Positions 10,149 to 19,471 of a stretch of DNA of 64,000 nt are shown here, piece by piece. The notes beneath the pieces were generated by a model that was not told the origin of the DNA, did no database searches, and saw nothing but the letters and a program-made list of their open reading frames with translations. Every line of letters starts with the position of its first letter. The stretch's first letter is position 1. The DNA is taken from the NCBI GenBank assembly GCA_040758135.1, contig JBFLWA010000004.1:76759-140758 (forward strand), written 5' to 3'. The position numbers and the translations under genes are program-made. This DNA comes from Bacillota bacterium (GTDB lineage Bacteria; Bacillota; Sulfobacillia; JBFLWA01).

Positions 10149-11614
10149 CGGATTACCGGATTGCGGGCCGCGCCCACATCGTCCAGCCGTCCCACCGGAG
10201 TGGTCAGTGGAGCGCCAGTCACCTGCTCCGGGCTGTTCTCGGCCTCACGGGCAATGGCAATCATGGCCTCGGCAAAGGCGTCCAGCGCCGCCTTGGGCTC
10301 GGTCTCGGTCGGCTCAATCATAATAGCTTCTTCGACGATGAGGGGGAAGTAGATAGTAGGGGCATGGACGCCGAAGTCCAGCAGACGCTTGGCCATGTCG
10401 GCAGTATGCACGCCGAGCTTGGCCTGGCGCCGCCCCGAGAGTACGAACTCGTGCTTACAGATGCGGTCATAGGGCAGGTCGAAATGGGGTCGCAACTTCT
10501 TCAGCAGGTAATTGGCGTTGAGGATGGCATCCTCGCTCACCTGCCGCAGCCCGTCGGGGCCGAGGCTCAGGATATAGGCCCAGGCCTTGACCACTACGCC
10601 GAAATTGCCGTAGAAAGCGTGGACCCTGCCGATGGATTGGGGGCGGTCATAATCGAGGGCATAGCCGTCATCGCGCCTGACCACCACCGGCACCGGGAGG
10701 AAGGGGAGCAGTTCCTGCTTGACGCCGACCGGCCCCGAGCCGGGACCGCCGCCGCCGTGCGGGGTGCCGAAGGTCTTATGCAGGTTCAGGTGGATCACAT
10801 CGAACCCCATGTCGCCAGGGCGGGTGATCCCCAGGGTGGCATTGGCATTAGCCCCATCGTAGTAGAGCAGGCCCCCGGCCTCGTGGACCAGGTTGGCTAT
10901 TTCGACGATGCGCTCTTCGAAAAGCCCCAGGGTGTTGGGGTTGGTCAGCATCAGAGCCGCCGTCCTGGGCCCCACCTTGGAGCGGAGGTCGTCCAGGTCG
11001 ACATTGCCCCGATGGTCCGATCTCACCTGGATCACATCGTAGCCGCAGAAAGCGGCGCTGGCCGGGTTAGTGCCGTGGGCCGAATCGGGGCAGATCACCT
11101 CGGTCCGCCCGCCCTCGCCCCGGGCCTCGTGGTAGGCCTTGATCAGGAAGAGCCCGGTCAGTTCGCCGTGGGCACCGGCCACCGGTTGCAGGGAAAAGCC
11201 ATCCATGCCGGTGATCTCGGCCAGCCACTCCTGGGTTTCGAACATCAGCTCCAGGGCCCCCTGGACCATCGACTCCGGCTGGTAGGGATGGAGCCGGGCG
11301 AACCCGGGGAGCCGGGCGATATCTTCGTCAATCTTGGGGTTGTACTTCATAGTGCAGGAACCCAGCGGATAAAAACCGGAGTCAACCCCGTGGTTCAGGC
11401 GCGAGAGCCCGGTATAGTGCCTAACCAGCTCGATCTCGCTGACCTCGGGCAGGCCCGGTACCTGCGACCGCAGGTACCCAGCGGGGAGCAGCTCCTCCAG
11501 GGGGCGCTCCGACACATCCAGCGGGGGCAGACTGAAGGCGGTACGGCCAGGCTGGCCCAGCTCGAAGATGAGTGAATCGCCCCACAGATCGGACCGGCGA
11601 CCAGTCATAGCCAT
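10130..11614 (-). CDS. gcvPB: glycine dehydrogenase (decarboxylating) subunit 2
   Basis: 494-aa ORF with PLP-lysine region [18 protein letters not shown]. Sits in canonical order after gcvPA. Confidence 0.95.
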   Translation of the reverse strand: MAMTGRRSDLWGDSLIFELGQPGRTAFSLPPLDVSERPLEELLPAGYLRSQVPGLPEVSEIELVRHYTGLSRLNHGVDSGFYPLGSCTMKYNPKIDEDIARLPGFARLHPYQPESMVQGALELMFETQEWLAEITGMDGFSLQPVAGAHGELTGLFLIKAYHEARGEGGRTEVICPDSAHGTNPASAAFCGYDVIQVRSDHRGNVDLDDLRSKVGPRTAALMLTNPNTLGLFEERIVEIANLVHEAGGLLYYDGANANATLGITRPGDMGFDVIHLNLHKTFGTPHGGGGPGSGPVGVKQELLPFLPVPVVVRRDDGYALDYDRPQSIGRVHAFYGNFGVVVKAWAYILSLGPDGLRQVSEDAILNANYLLKKLRPHFDLPYDRICKHEFVLSGRRQAKLGVHTADMAKRLLDFGVHAPTIYFPLIVEEAIMIEPTETEPKAALDAFAEAMIAIAREAENSPEQVTGAPLTTPVGRLDDVGAARNPVIRWRAGQ

Positions 11615-12963
11615 CCCTCCAGTGCCCCGACCAGACGGTCGAGTTCGGCTTTAGTCCTGACCTCGGTGACGCAGAAGAGCTGGAGCCCGGACAGGCCGGG
11701 GCTGTCGCTCCCCAGGTCGTAACCGCCAATAATCTTCTGCTCCAGGAGCCGCTGGTTGATCTCGGCCACCCGGAAGTTGGTATCCACGGCGAACTCCTTG
11801 AAAAAGGGCGCCTCGAAGGCCAGAGGCAGGCCGATCTGACCCAGGCGGTCGGCCACGTAGTGGGCCTTATGCAGCGAGGCTTCGCCCACCTGCCGCAACC
11901 CGGTCGGACCCATGGCCGCAAGGTAGATGGTGGCGGCCAGGGCGCAGAGCGCTTCATTAGAGCAGATGTTGGAGGTGGCCTTCTCCCGGCGGATATGCTG
12001 TTCCCGGGCCTGCAGGGTCAGGACGAAGCCGCGTCGCCCCTCCCGGTCAGTAGTCTGGCCGACGATGCGCCCCGGCACTCGCCGCATCAGCTTCTCGGAA
12101 GCGGCCAGGAAACCCAAGAGCGGCCCGCCGTAGGAAGTGCTAAGCCCCAGCCCCTGGCCTTCGCCGACCACGATATCGGCCCCGTACTCGGCCGGGGCGG
12201 CCAGGACGGCCAAGGAGACCGGGTCGACCACGGCCACCGCCAGGGCTCCATGGCGGTGGGCCAGTTCGAAAGCTTCTTTGGCCTCTTCCACACAGCCAAA
12301 GAAGTTGGGGGTCTGGATGATCACCGCCGCGCACTGGTCATCGATGGCCAGGTCCAGGCAGCTGAGGCAGGTAACCCCCTTGGAGCGGCTGATCTCCACC
12401 TCCCCCACCTGTACCCCGCGGGCCCAGGCGTAGGTGGCTAAAACCCGGCGGTAGGCCGGATGAACGCTCTTGGAGACCAGCACCTTGCTGCGGCGAGTGG
12501 CGCCGATGGCCATGATCATCGCTTCAGCCACCGCGGTAGCCGCGTCGTACATGGAGGCATTAGCCACCGGCAGGCCGGTGAGCTCCGAGATCATGGTCTG
12601 GTACTCGAAAATGGCCCGCAGGGTGCCCTGGCTGATTTCAGCCTGGTAGGGCGTGTAGGCAGTGTAGAACTCGGAGCGGGAGATCAGGTGCTGGATGACA
12701 CTGGGCGGAAAATGCTCGTAGATACCGGCCCCCAGGAAGGACAGGTACTGGTCGAGGTTGGTATTGCGGTCGGCCAGTTGACGGGCGCGCGCCAGCAGCG
12801 ACGGCTCTGATAGGGCGGCCGGTAGCTCCAGCGGGCGCTGGAGACGGACCTCCACCGGGATATCGGCCAACAGCTCATCCACTGACGAGATACCGATCTC
12901 GGCCAGCATCTCGGCCCGGTCTTGCTGGGTATTGGGAAGGTACCGATAACCGGAAGCTGGCAT
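11605..12963 (-). CDS. gcvPA: glycine dehydrogenase (decarboxylating) subunit 1
   Basis: 452-aa ORF with the conserved [13 protein letters not shown] and the expected operon context. Confidence 0.95.
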   Translation of the reverse strand: MPASGYRYLPNTQQDRAEMLAEIGISSVDELLADIPVEVRLQRPLELPAALSEPSLLARARQLADRNTNLDQYLSFLGAGIYEHFPPSVIQHLISRSEFYTAYTPYQAEISQGTLRAIFEYQTMISELTGLPVANASMYDAATAVAEAMIMAIGATRRSKVLVSKSVHPAYRRVLATYAWARGVQVGEVEISRSKGVTCLSCLDLAIDDQCAAVIIQTPNFFGCVEEAKEAFELAHRHGALAVAVVDPVSLAVLAAPAEYGADIVVGEGQGLGLSTSYGGPLLGFLAASEKLMRRVPGRIVGQTTDREGRRGFVLTLQAREQHIRREKATSNICSNEALCALAATIYLAAMGPTGLRQVGEASLHKAHYVADRLGQIGLPLAFEAPFFKEFAVDTNFRVAEINQRLLEQKIIGGYDLGSDSPGLSGLQLFCVTEVRTKAELDRLVGALEGWL

Positions 12964-13358
12964 CAGTGGCCCTCCTCGGCGATGAACTTCTCGTACCCGG
13001 ACGCGTCCATCAGCCCCTCCAGTTCACCCTCATCTTCCAACTCGATGACCAGGAGCCAGCCCTCGCCATATGGATCGCTGTTAATAAGCTCCGGTGAATC
13101 CAGCAGGCTGTTGTTAACCTCGCTGATCCGTCCGCTGACCGGGGCGTAGACATCGGAGACCGCCTTGACCGATTCGATGACACAGACGGAGTCGCCCTTG
13201 CCTACCGTTTCCCCAGCCCCGGGCAGTTCGACGAAGACCACATCGCCCATCTGCTCGGCCGCGTAGTCGGTGACCCCGACGCGGGCCCGGTTCCCCTCCA
13301 GCTTGATCCATTCATGCTCTCGAGTGTACTTCACATCATCCTTGGCCATTCTACTCAC
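12963..13358 (-). CDS. gcvH: glycine cleavage system H protein
   Basis: 131-aa ORF with lipoyl-lysine motif VIESVKAVSDVYAPVSG. Confidence 0.95.
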   Translation of the reverse strand: MSRMAKDDVKYTREHEWIKLEGNRARVGVTDYAAEQMGDVVFVELPGAGETVGKGDSVCVIESVKAVSDVYAPVSGRISEVNNSLLDSPELINSDPYGEGWLLVIELEDEGELEGLMDASGYEKFIAEEGH

Positions 13359-14461
13359 TCCTTCTTATAGGCTTTAGCGTAAAAGGGTGCTTTGACCACC
13401 CGGGCTTCCACCTGCTTACCCCGGATCTCCACCGTCAGCTCGTTACCCAGCTGGCCGTGACCCCGTTCCACCAGAGCCAGGGCCATATTCTTCCCCAGGC
13501 TGGGGGCATAGGAACCCGATGTCACCTGCCCGATCTGCCGGTTGTCGGCGTACACCGGATAACCGGCCCGGGCAATCCCCCGGCCCACCATCTCGAGACC
13601 GATGAGACGGCGGGGAATCCCGGCTTCCTTCTGCGCCCTGAGGGCCTCGGCTCCGATGAAGTCGCCCTTGTCCAGCTTGATGAAATAGCCCAGCCCCGCC
13701 TCGAGGGGCGAGATATCCCGGTCGATCTCGTGGCCATATAGGGGCAACCGGGCCTCGAAGCGCAGCGTATCCCGGGCGCCTAGCCCGGCCGGGAGCAGCC
13801 CGTCGGGCTGGCCGGCAGCCAGGATCGCCCGCCAAAGCCGGGGACCGGCCTCGGGGCGGCAGTAGATCTCGAAACCGTCCTCCCCGGTGTACCCGGTGCG
13901 CGAGATCAGGCAGGGTTCACCGTCGATGACCACTGCGGGACAGCAGTAGAAGAACCGGAGAGAACCAAGGTCGAAATCGGTCAGCCGCTGGAGGATGATC
14001 TCGGCCTTGGGCCCCTGGAGGGCCAGCTCAGCGTAATGGTGGGAGATATCCTCCACCATTACCTTCATCCCCTGGGCCTGCTCCTGCATCCACGCGACAT
14101 CCTTATCGATGTTAGCGGCATTGACAACCATGAAATAGCGCTCATCGCCCAGTTTGTATACAAGGCAGTCGTCGACACAACCACCATCGGGGTAGCACAT
14201 CGGGCTGTAGATGACCTGGTGCAACTCCATGGGAGCCGCATCGTTGGTGATTAGCTTCTGGACCAGTCCCAATGCCGCGGGGCCTTCGATCATCACCTCT
14301 CCCATGTGGGAGACATCGAAGAGACCGGCCGCCTGGCGGGTGGCCTGGTGCTCCTCGATGATCCCCCGGAACTGGACCGGAAGAGCCCAGCCCCCGAAGT
14401 CAACGATCTTGCCCCCACTCTCTTCATACACTTGGTAAAGCGGGGTTTTCTTGAGTTCCAA
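13355..14461 (-). CDS. gcvT: aminomethyltransferase (T protein)
   Basis: 368-aa ORF with a typical GcvT N-terminus (KKTPLYQVYEESGGKIVDFGGWALPVQF). TTG start at 14461, with GGGAGGTGA 7 nt upstream. Confidence 0.95.
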   Translation of the reverse strand: MELKKTPLYQVYEESGGKIVDFGGWALPVQFRGIIEEHQATRQAAGLFDVSHMGEVMIEGPAALGLVQKLITNDAAPMELHQVIYSPMCYPDGGCVDDCLVYKLGDERYFMVVNAANIDKDVAWMQEQAQGMKVMVEDISHHYAELALQGPKAEIILQRLTDFDLGSLRFFYCCPAVVIDGEPCLISRTGYTGEDGFEIYCRPEAGPRLWRAILAAGQPDGLLPAGLGARDTLRFEARLPLYGHEIDRDISPLEAGLGYFIKLDKGDFIGAEALRAQKEAGIPRRLIGLEMVGRGIARAGYPVYADNRQIGQVTSGSYAPSLGKNMALALVERGHGQLGNELTVEIRGKQVEARVVKAPFYAKAYKKE

Positions 14462-14506
14462 CTACCTGTCACCTCCCTGTGGATCTAGCCTGGGGCCTCT
14501 TCTGGC

Positions 14507-14560
14507 AAAAAACAAAAACACAGGAATAAAGCATGCCGCATGAACTGCTCTTTCCCGTGT
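14507..14560 (-). terminator. intrinsic terminator inside the gcvT 5' leader (or terminator of the upstream membrane-protein gene)
   Basis: Minus strand: ACACGGGAAAGAGC, a 14-nt loop, GCTTTATTCCTGTGT, then TTTTTGTTTTTT. This gives a stem of about 14 bp with one bulge and G-U pairs. It lies 46 nt upstream of the gcvT start. Confidence 0.7.
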
Positions 14561-14580
14561 TTCTTCTGGAGTGAGATGAA

Positions 14581-14598
14581 TTGTGCAAATGGTCACAA
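14581..14598. promoter_or_regulatory. candidate Rex operator upstream of gcvT
   Basis: TTGTGCAAATGGTCACAA matches 12 of the 14 defined positions of the Rex consensus TTGTGAA-N4-TTCACAA. Confidence 0.45.
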
Positions 14599-14637
14599 AC
14601 CATAGGCTGTCTCCGGTAGAGACAGACCCGGGTCAAC

Positions 14638-15123
14638 CTAGCCGGTCCTCCTCCGGCCGTGAGCAATCAGGGCTAAGCCGATTCCTATCAGCAGCAGAGG
14701 CCAGATGCGCCCGATAGTAAGCGCCCAGGGGAGACCGAAGTCCCCGAGACTCCCCACCAGGAAGGCCGCGCCCACCACTGTGCAGGCCGTACCCGGAATC
14801 AGCGCCCACCAGGCGCCGCGGACCACCGCCGCCGTGGTGAAGAAGGCCAGTCCGGGAGCGAGTACCCACAGCGCCCACCAGCGCTCCATGGAGTAGCCGG
14901 CCAGAGTCAGGTAGAGTGGGACACTAACCAGGGTGAGGATGCTCCCGGGCAGGATGAGCATGCGCTCCCGGCGACCGCCAACCGCCTGCAGGATGAAGAA
15001 CATCCCCAGCAGGAATGGGATGGCGGCGACCAGGGTCACGCTGAAGGGAAGGAAACCCAGGTTGACCAGGAGGAAGAGCAGGCCAAGCCCGATAAGGACC
15101 AGCCCACTCCAGTTAAACCTCAC
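14638..15123 (-). CDS. small polytopic membrane protein, function unknown
   Basis: 161-aa ORF that is almost entirely hydrophobic helices (LVLIGLGLLFLLVNLGFLPF..., WPLLLIGIGLALIAHG). Confidence 0.6.
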   Translation of the reverse strand: MRFNWSGLVLIGLGLLFLLVNLGFLPFSVTLVAAIPFLLGMFFILQAVGGRRERMLILPGSILTLVSVPLYLTLAGYSMERWWALWVLAPGLAFFTTAAVVRGAWWALIPGTACTVVGAAFLVGSLGDFGLPWALTIGRIWPLLLIGIGLALIAHGRRRTG

Positions 15124-15156
15124 ATCCGTCCCCCCTTCCTATCCATTCTCAGGGTT

Positions 15157-16461
15157 CTATTCTTGGCCACCGGCAAATTCTCCTTTTGGCGCCGCGGCTT
15201 TTTCCCGTACCAGCCAGGTAGCGGCAAAGGCCACAACTGACAAAGCCAGGAAGGCCAGGAAGGTGGAGCGGTAGCTCTCCAAGGTGTAGAAACGCATCCC
15301 GTCGGCTATCTGGCCTGTCCAGCCCTGGTCCAGCCAGGTGCCGACCGCCAGGTTGAGTAGAGCGGTACCGATGAAGCCGGCTGAATTCACAAAACTGGTG
15401 GCCATGCCGGAAAAGGCCGGGTGGTTGACCTCTTTTACATTGGCAAAGGTCAAAATAAAACTGATCCCGCCCAAACCCATCATGAAAAAGATGGGAGACA
15501 GCGCGGCCACGGGCGGCTTGCCGCCCGCCACCACCAGGAGGTAGAACCAAAGCAGGGCGACCATCCCGGTCCCGGCCATCATCACCGGCTTCTTGCGGCC
15601 CAGCCGGTCAGAGAGCCAGCCCACCAGGGGCGAACCCACCAGGACACCGGCGGTCAGATAGAGGATGTACTGGGCGGCCTCCGCCTTGGCCATCCGGTAA
15701 GTGTGCATCAGAAACGGCACTCCCCAGAGCCCGGAAAAGGCATTGATGATGCTCATGGCGGAGAAAAGGATGATGAAGTTGGGCCAAGTCGCGGGGTTGG
15801 TGACAATCATCTTCAGGCTCGTGCCCAGGCTGATCCCCTCTCGGTCGGCCCGGGGCCCCTGGGCAGGGTAGCCGGCCGCCTCGGGCCGGTTCCGCACCAC
15901 CAGGTAGATGGCAACCGCTACCGCCACCGAGACCGCGGCGATGGCCAGGAAGGTCGGCCGCCAGCCGACGAAGGTCACCAGCAGAGCCAGCGGAGTGGTG
16001 GCCAAGATCCCACCGATATTGCCCACCACCGAGGTCAGCCCGGAGATCGTGGCGAACTCGCGGGGCCTGAACCACTCGGCTTGGATTTTCAGGGTGGAGA
16101 CAAAAATCACCGAGACGCCCAGCCCCACCAGGAGCCGTCCTACCAGAGCTGGCGCGGGGACTGCAGCAATGGCAAAGAGGAGCGAACCGGCCGCCGCCAC
16201 CAGCATGCCCAGGGCGGCAGTGAGGCGCGGACCGACATAGTCGGCCAGGATACCCGAGGGTATCTGCATGACGGCATAGGCGTAGAAGTACATAGAGGCC
16301 AGGTTGCTGAGGGCGGCGCCGGTCAAACCCAGTTCCCGGGCCAGGTCGTCAGCGACCGCAGCGATGGAGTAGCGGTGAATGAAAACAACCAGGAAGGCCA
16401 CAGCCATCAGAGACCAGATGAGCCATTTGCGGTAATGGATGCTACCGTTCTCGGCGGGCAA
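15157..16461 (-). CDS. MFS transporter
   Basis: 434-aa ORF with about 12 predicted TM helices and a central loop (RNRPEAAGYPAQGPRADREG), the usual MFS two-half organisation. Confidence 0.85.
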   Translation of the reverse strand: MPAENGSIHYRKWLIWSLMAVAFLVVFIHRYSIAAVADDLARELGLTGAALSNLASMYFYAYAVMQIPSGILADYVGPRLTAALGMLVAAAGSLLFAIAAVPAPALVGRLLVGLGVSVIFVSTLKIQAEWFRPREFATISGLTSVVGNIGGILATTPLALLVTFVGWRPTFLAIAAVSVAVAVAIYLVVRNRPEAAGYPAQGPRADREGISLGTSLKMIVTNPATWPNFIILFSAMSIINAFSGLWGVPFLMHTYRMAKAEAAQYILYLTAGVLVGSPLVGWLSDRLGRKKPVMMAGTGMVALLWFYLLVVAGGKPPVAALSPIFFMMGLGGISFILTFANVKEVNHPAFSGMATSFVNSAGFIGTALLNLAVGTWLDQGWTGQIADGMRFYTLESYRSTFLAFLALSVVAFAATWLVREKAAAPKGEFAGGQE

Positions 16462-16576
16462 CAGTTCCTCCTCCTCCTGGTAAACTCACACTGCCTCAGC
16501 AATTATAGCATAAATGGCCAACCGGGAAAGAGGGAAAGAGGTTCCAGTGGCGAAGTAGCCCGGTCGAGGTGAACAC

Positions 16577-17386
16577 ATGCCGACGAATCTCGCTTCCTCC
16601 CCTGCCCTGCGCTTCTGCTCCCTGGCCAGTTGCAGCGTCTATGGCAATGCCTACTATATAGAGAGCGCCGCTGGGACTCGCATCCTGGTAGACTGTGGAG
16701 TGCCCCTCCGGCGTCTGGAGCGGGAACTGACCGGTCTGGGCTGTCCGCCCGACCGGTTTGACGCTATCTTCGTCACCCATGAACACATTGACCACATCCG
16801 GGCCCTCACCCTCAAGTACCCCTTCAGCCTGCGCCATCGTGTGCCGGTCTTTGCCCCCGGCCGCGTCTGGTCCGGCTGGCGCCACCCCGGTGCCCTCGGC
16901 CGGCAGGAAGTACTGGATGCCTCGGATACGGTGAGGGTCGGCGACCTGACCATCAGTGCACTGGCCAAGCCCCACGATGCGGTGGAGCCCGTGGCCTACC
17001 TGGTCGAAGGCGGCGGAACTCGCCTGGCAGTCGTCACCGACTTGGGGATGGTCCCGGCCACTCTCGTCGATGAGCTCCGAGGCAGTGACTTCCTCATTTT
17101 CGAAGCCAACCATGACCGGGAGATGGAACTCCGCTCTGACCGGGCCTGGCCAGTGATCCAGCGTGCCTTAAGCGACCACGGCCACCTCTCCAACGAACAG
17201 GCGGCAGCGGCTCTGGCCCGCATCATCACCTCCCGGACTCAAGCCATTCTCCTGGCCCATCTCAGCCTAGACTGCAACCGGCCCGAGCTGGCCCTGGAAG
17301 TGGTCGGGCGGTCGCTGGCCAGGGCCGGTTACTCCGGCACCCTGGAGGCGGCACCCGCCTGTGGTTCGAGCCGGCTGATCGGCTGA
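16577..17386 (+). CDS. MBL-fold metallo-hydrolase
   Basis: 269-aa ORF with the HxHxDH motif (FVTHEHIDH) and a later conserved HLS. Confidence 0.85.
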   Translation: MPTNLASSPALRFCSLASCSVYGNAYYIESAAGTRILVDCGVPLRRLERELTGLGCPPDRFDAIFVTHEHIDHIRALTLKYPFSLRHRVPVFAPGRVWSGWRHPGALGRQEVLDASDTVRVGDLTISALAKPHDAVEPVAYLVEGGGTRLAVVTDLGMVPATLVDELRGSDFLIFEANHDREMELRSDRAWPVIQRALSDHGHLSNEQAAAALARIITSRTQAILLAHLSLDCNRPELALEVVGRSLARAGYSGTLEAAPACGSSRLIG

Positions 17387-17502
17387 AGCAGCAGCCCCGG
17401 CACGTCAGGCTACCCCTCCTTTAACTATAACTTCAGTACCTCAGAAGAGCGCAAGAGCGGGCCGCGTTGACGCGAGCCCGCTCCTACTCATCCTGCGTTG
17501 GG

Positions 17503-17580
17503 CTACTCAGCTCCCAGGAAGAAGAAGAGCAGGATGATGAGGACCAGAATCTCAGTCATGCCGCCGTTGAAACGGAACAT
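17503..17580 (-). CDS. 25-aa hydrophobic peptide (YjcZ-like?), below the ORF-track size cut-off
   Basis: My own translation gives MFRFNGGMTEILVLIILLFFFLGAE. GGGGGGTGA lies 5 nt upstream of the ATG. A paralog lies 250 bp away. Confidence 0.55.
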   Translation of the reverse strand: MFRFNGGMTEILVLIILLFFFLGAE

Positions 17581-17701
17581 TCAGGTCACCCCCCGGGAAG
17601 GACTGGTGGGCTCCGGGCCCACACTACAGGATATTCAGCGCCCACGAAGCCCGAAAGGGGACAACCGCCATTAGTACTACCCCTCACATTCATTGGCCCA
17701 A

Positions 17702-17727
17702 CCAAAAAGGAGCCTTGGCGGGCTCCT
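17702..17727 (-). terminator. intrinsic terminator after the second small-peptide gene
   Basis: Minus strand: AGGAGCC cgccaa GGCTCCT followed by TTTTTGG. Confidence 0.65.
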
Positions 17728-17752
17728 CTCTGGCTGCTTTGACGACTTGGCC

Positions 17753-17827
17753 TTACTCTGCACCGAGGAAGAAGAACAGCAGGATGATGAGGATCAGCAC
17801 CTCAAAAGGTCCCTTGAAGCTGGACAC
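17753..17827 (-). CDS. 24-aa hydrophobic peptide, paralog of 17503-17580
   Basis: My own translation from a GTG start gives MSSFKGPFEVLILIILLFFFLGAE. GGAGGTGA lies 6 nt upstream. The C-terminal 16 residues are nearly identical to those of the neighbouring peptide. Confidence 0.55.
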   Translation of the reverse strand: MSSFKGPFEVLILIILLFFFLGAE

Positions 17828-17961
17828 GCGCTATCACCTCCGGAGGAAGCGGACTTGTGAAGGATGGCTCCACTACATAATACTCGGCCCACGCCACCTG
17901 TCTGAGGAAGGCCAAGCCCTTTGTCCTCTCCGATCCGGGGCCTAAAACGCCGCCCGTCTTT

Positions 17962-18933
17962 TTGGACAGAGCCTTGAGTATGCTAGGGGCGAGACCGCAC
18001 CGAGAGGAGGATCGCCCCTTGCCCATCTGGGGCCTGCTCAGCTTCATTCTCCTGCGGGTGGTTCCAGCCACAGGCGACCTGGCCCTGCTGCCCCCCTACG
18101 CGGCCCTGGAAAGCCGGTTGGCTGCCTATGTCGCCACCCGCCCTGGAGAATACGGCATCTATTTCAAGGATCTGGAGACAGGCACCAGCATCGGCCTGGG
18201 CGCCCGGGAGAGCTTCTTCGCCGCCAGCACGGTGAAGGTACCGGTGGTCCTGTACTTAATGGAGAAAGTTCTGGCCGGCCAGGAGTCGTTGACCAACAGC
18301 GAGATCTACCTGCCCGGGGACTACGAATGGGGGTCGGGCGTCATCCAATTCCAGCCCACCGGCTCCCGCTACACTCTGCTGACACTGGCCCAGTACTGCT
18401 TCCGCTATTCCGACAATGTTGCGGTGAATATGCTCCGGCGCCGCTTCGGGCCGGCCGATATTGGCGCCTACCAGAAGAGCCTGGGTGCCAGTGTGGTACT
18501 GGGCGAGTCCAATGTCACTTCACCCTACTCCACCGCCCTCTATCTCAGGCGCTGGTTGGAGATAGCCGATACCGACCCAAGGGCCCGGGAGCTTTTCGCC
18601 ATTTTGGAGAGTTCCAAGCCACTGGACCGCATTCCGGCCGGCCTGCCCCCGGGGATACGCTGTGCCCACAAGATCGGCAACTGGCACGGGGTCATCAACG
18701 ATGTGGCCGTGGTATATGCCCAACACCCCTACATTCTCTGCCTGTATAGCCGCGGAGTCACCTACGGCCAGGGTACCACCTCGCTAGCCGGACTCTCGGC
18801 CCTAGTCTACCAGTATCAGGCCGAGCACTGGGCCGCCGAGAGGGAGCGCCTGGAGCAACAGCGGCTCTTCTCGGGCATCGAGGCATTCCTCCGGACCGTC
18901 GAGAGATGCCTGGGAAGAGGGCCCGGGGGTTAA
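17962..18933 (+). CDS. class A beta-lactamase-like serine hydrolase
   Basis: 323-aa ORF with SxxK (AASTVKV), SDN (RYSDNVAVN) and a KTG-like HKIGNW, plus an N-terminal hydrophobic segment. Confidence 0.75.
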   Translation: MDRALSMLGARPHREEDRPLPIWGLLSFILLRVVPATGDLALLPPYAALESRLAAYVATRPGEYGIYFKDLETGTSIGLGARESFFAASTVKVPVVLYLMEKVLAGQESLTNSEIYLPGDYEWGSGVIQFQPTGSRYTLLTLAQYCFRYSDNVAVNMLRRRFGPADIGAYQKSLGASVVLGESNVTSPYSTALYLRRWLEIADTDPRARELFAILESSKPLDRIPAGLPPGIRCAHKIGNWHGVINDVAVVYAQHPYILCLYSRGVTYGQGTTSLAGLSALVYQYQAEHWAAERERLEQQRLFSGIEAFLRTVERCLGRGPGG

Positions 18934-19042
18934 ACAGCCTGCCCCGAGTGCGGTACAACTGACCCTATTCCCGGCTCTCCCCAGGCCACCCCCCCATAGT
19001 ATAGAGAGTGAGACAGCACTCTCGCTGCAAAGGGGGGTTACC

Positions 19043-19237
19043 ATGGACCGTCGCGCCTTTTGCCTTAACCTGAAGGAGGCCCTCATGGACGAGGGCGAAG
19101 CGGGGGAGTTCTACAAGCGGTTGGCCGAGATGGCCCCGGATCCGGGAATCGCCGATGCCATTCTGTGCATCCGGGAGGACGAGCTGAAGCACCGGGCCAT
19201 GCTCGAGCGCATCCAGCGCCGTTACTGTCAGGAGTAA
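19043..19237 (+). CDS. small ferritin-like/four-helix-type protein
   Basis: 64-aa ORF carrying EAGEFYKRLAEMAP and CIREDELKHRAMLERI (an ExxH-type motif). A paralogous gene follows. Confidence 0.5.
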   Translation: MDRRAFCLNLKEALMDEGEAGEFYKRLAEMAPDPGIADAILCIREDELKHRAMLERIQRRYCQE

Positions 19238-19270
19238 CCCGCCCGAAACCCGGAGAAGGAGGGATATCGG

Positions 19271-19471
19271 ATGCGCGATTGCTGCCGGATGGCCCGCGAG
19301 GGTGTGGAGCTATGCAAGGCTCTGCAGCGGCATTATGACCTGATGATAAACATCTGCGACCAACGATACCGCGAGGGGCTTATGTGCATATACGACGATA
19401 TACGTAAGCATATCTCCATGCTAGAGCGGATGTGCCAACGGGTTTGCGAGGAAGAAGGTACACCCGATTAA
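19271..19471 (+). CDS. small Cys-rich protein, paralog-like to 19043-19237
   Basis: 66-aa ORF preceded by a GGAGAAGGAGGG RBS. It shares the C-terminal motif CIYDDIRKHISMLERM with the upstream protein. Confidence 0.5.
   Translation: MRDCCRMAREGVELCKALQRHYDLMINICDQRYREGLMCIYDDIRKHISMLERMCQRVCEEEGTPD

Noticed and set aside
14540-14637. Glycine riboswitch aptamer upstream of gcvT, expected from synteny
   Set aside because: I could not find the conserved cores (ACCGAAGGGGCAA, CTCTCAGGCAAAAGGAC). Only loose resemblances are present. I therefore report a leader/terminator rather than a riboswitch. A cmsearch with RF00504 would settle the question.
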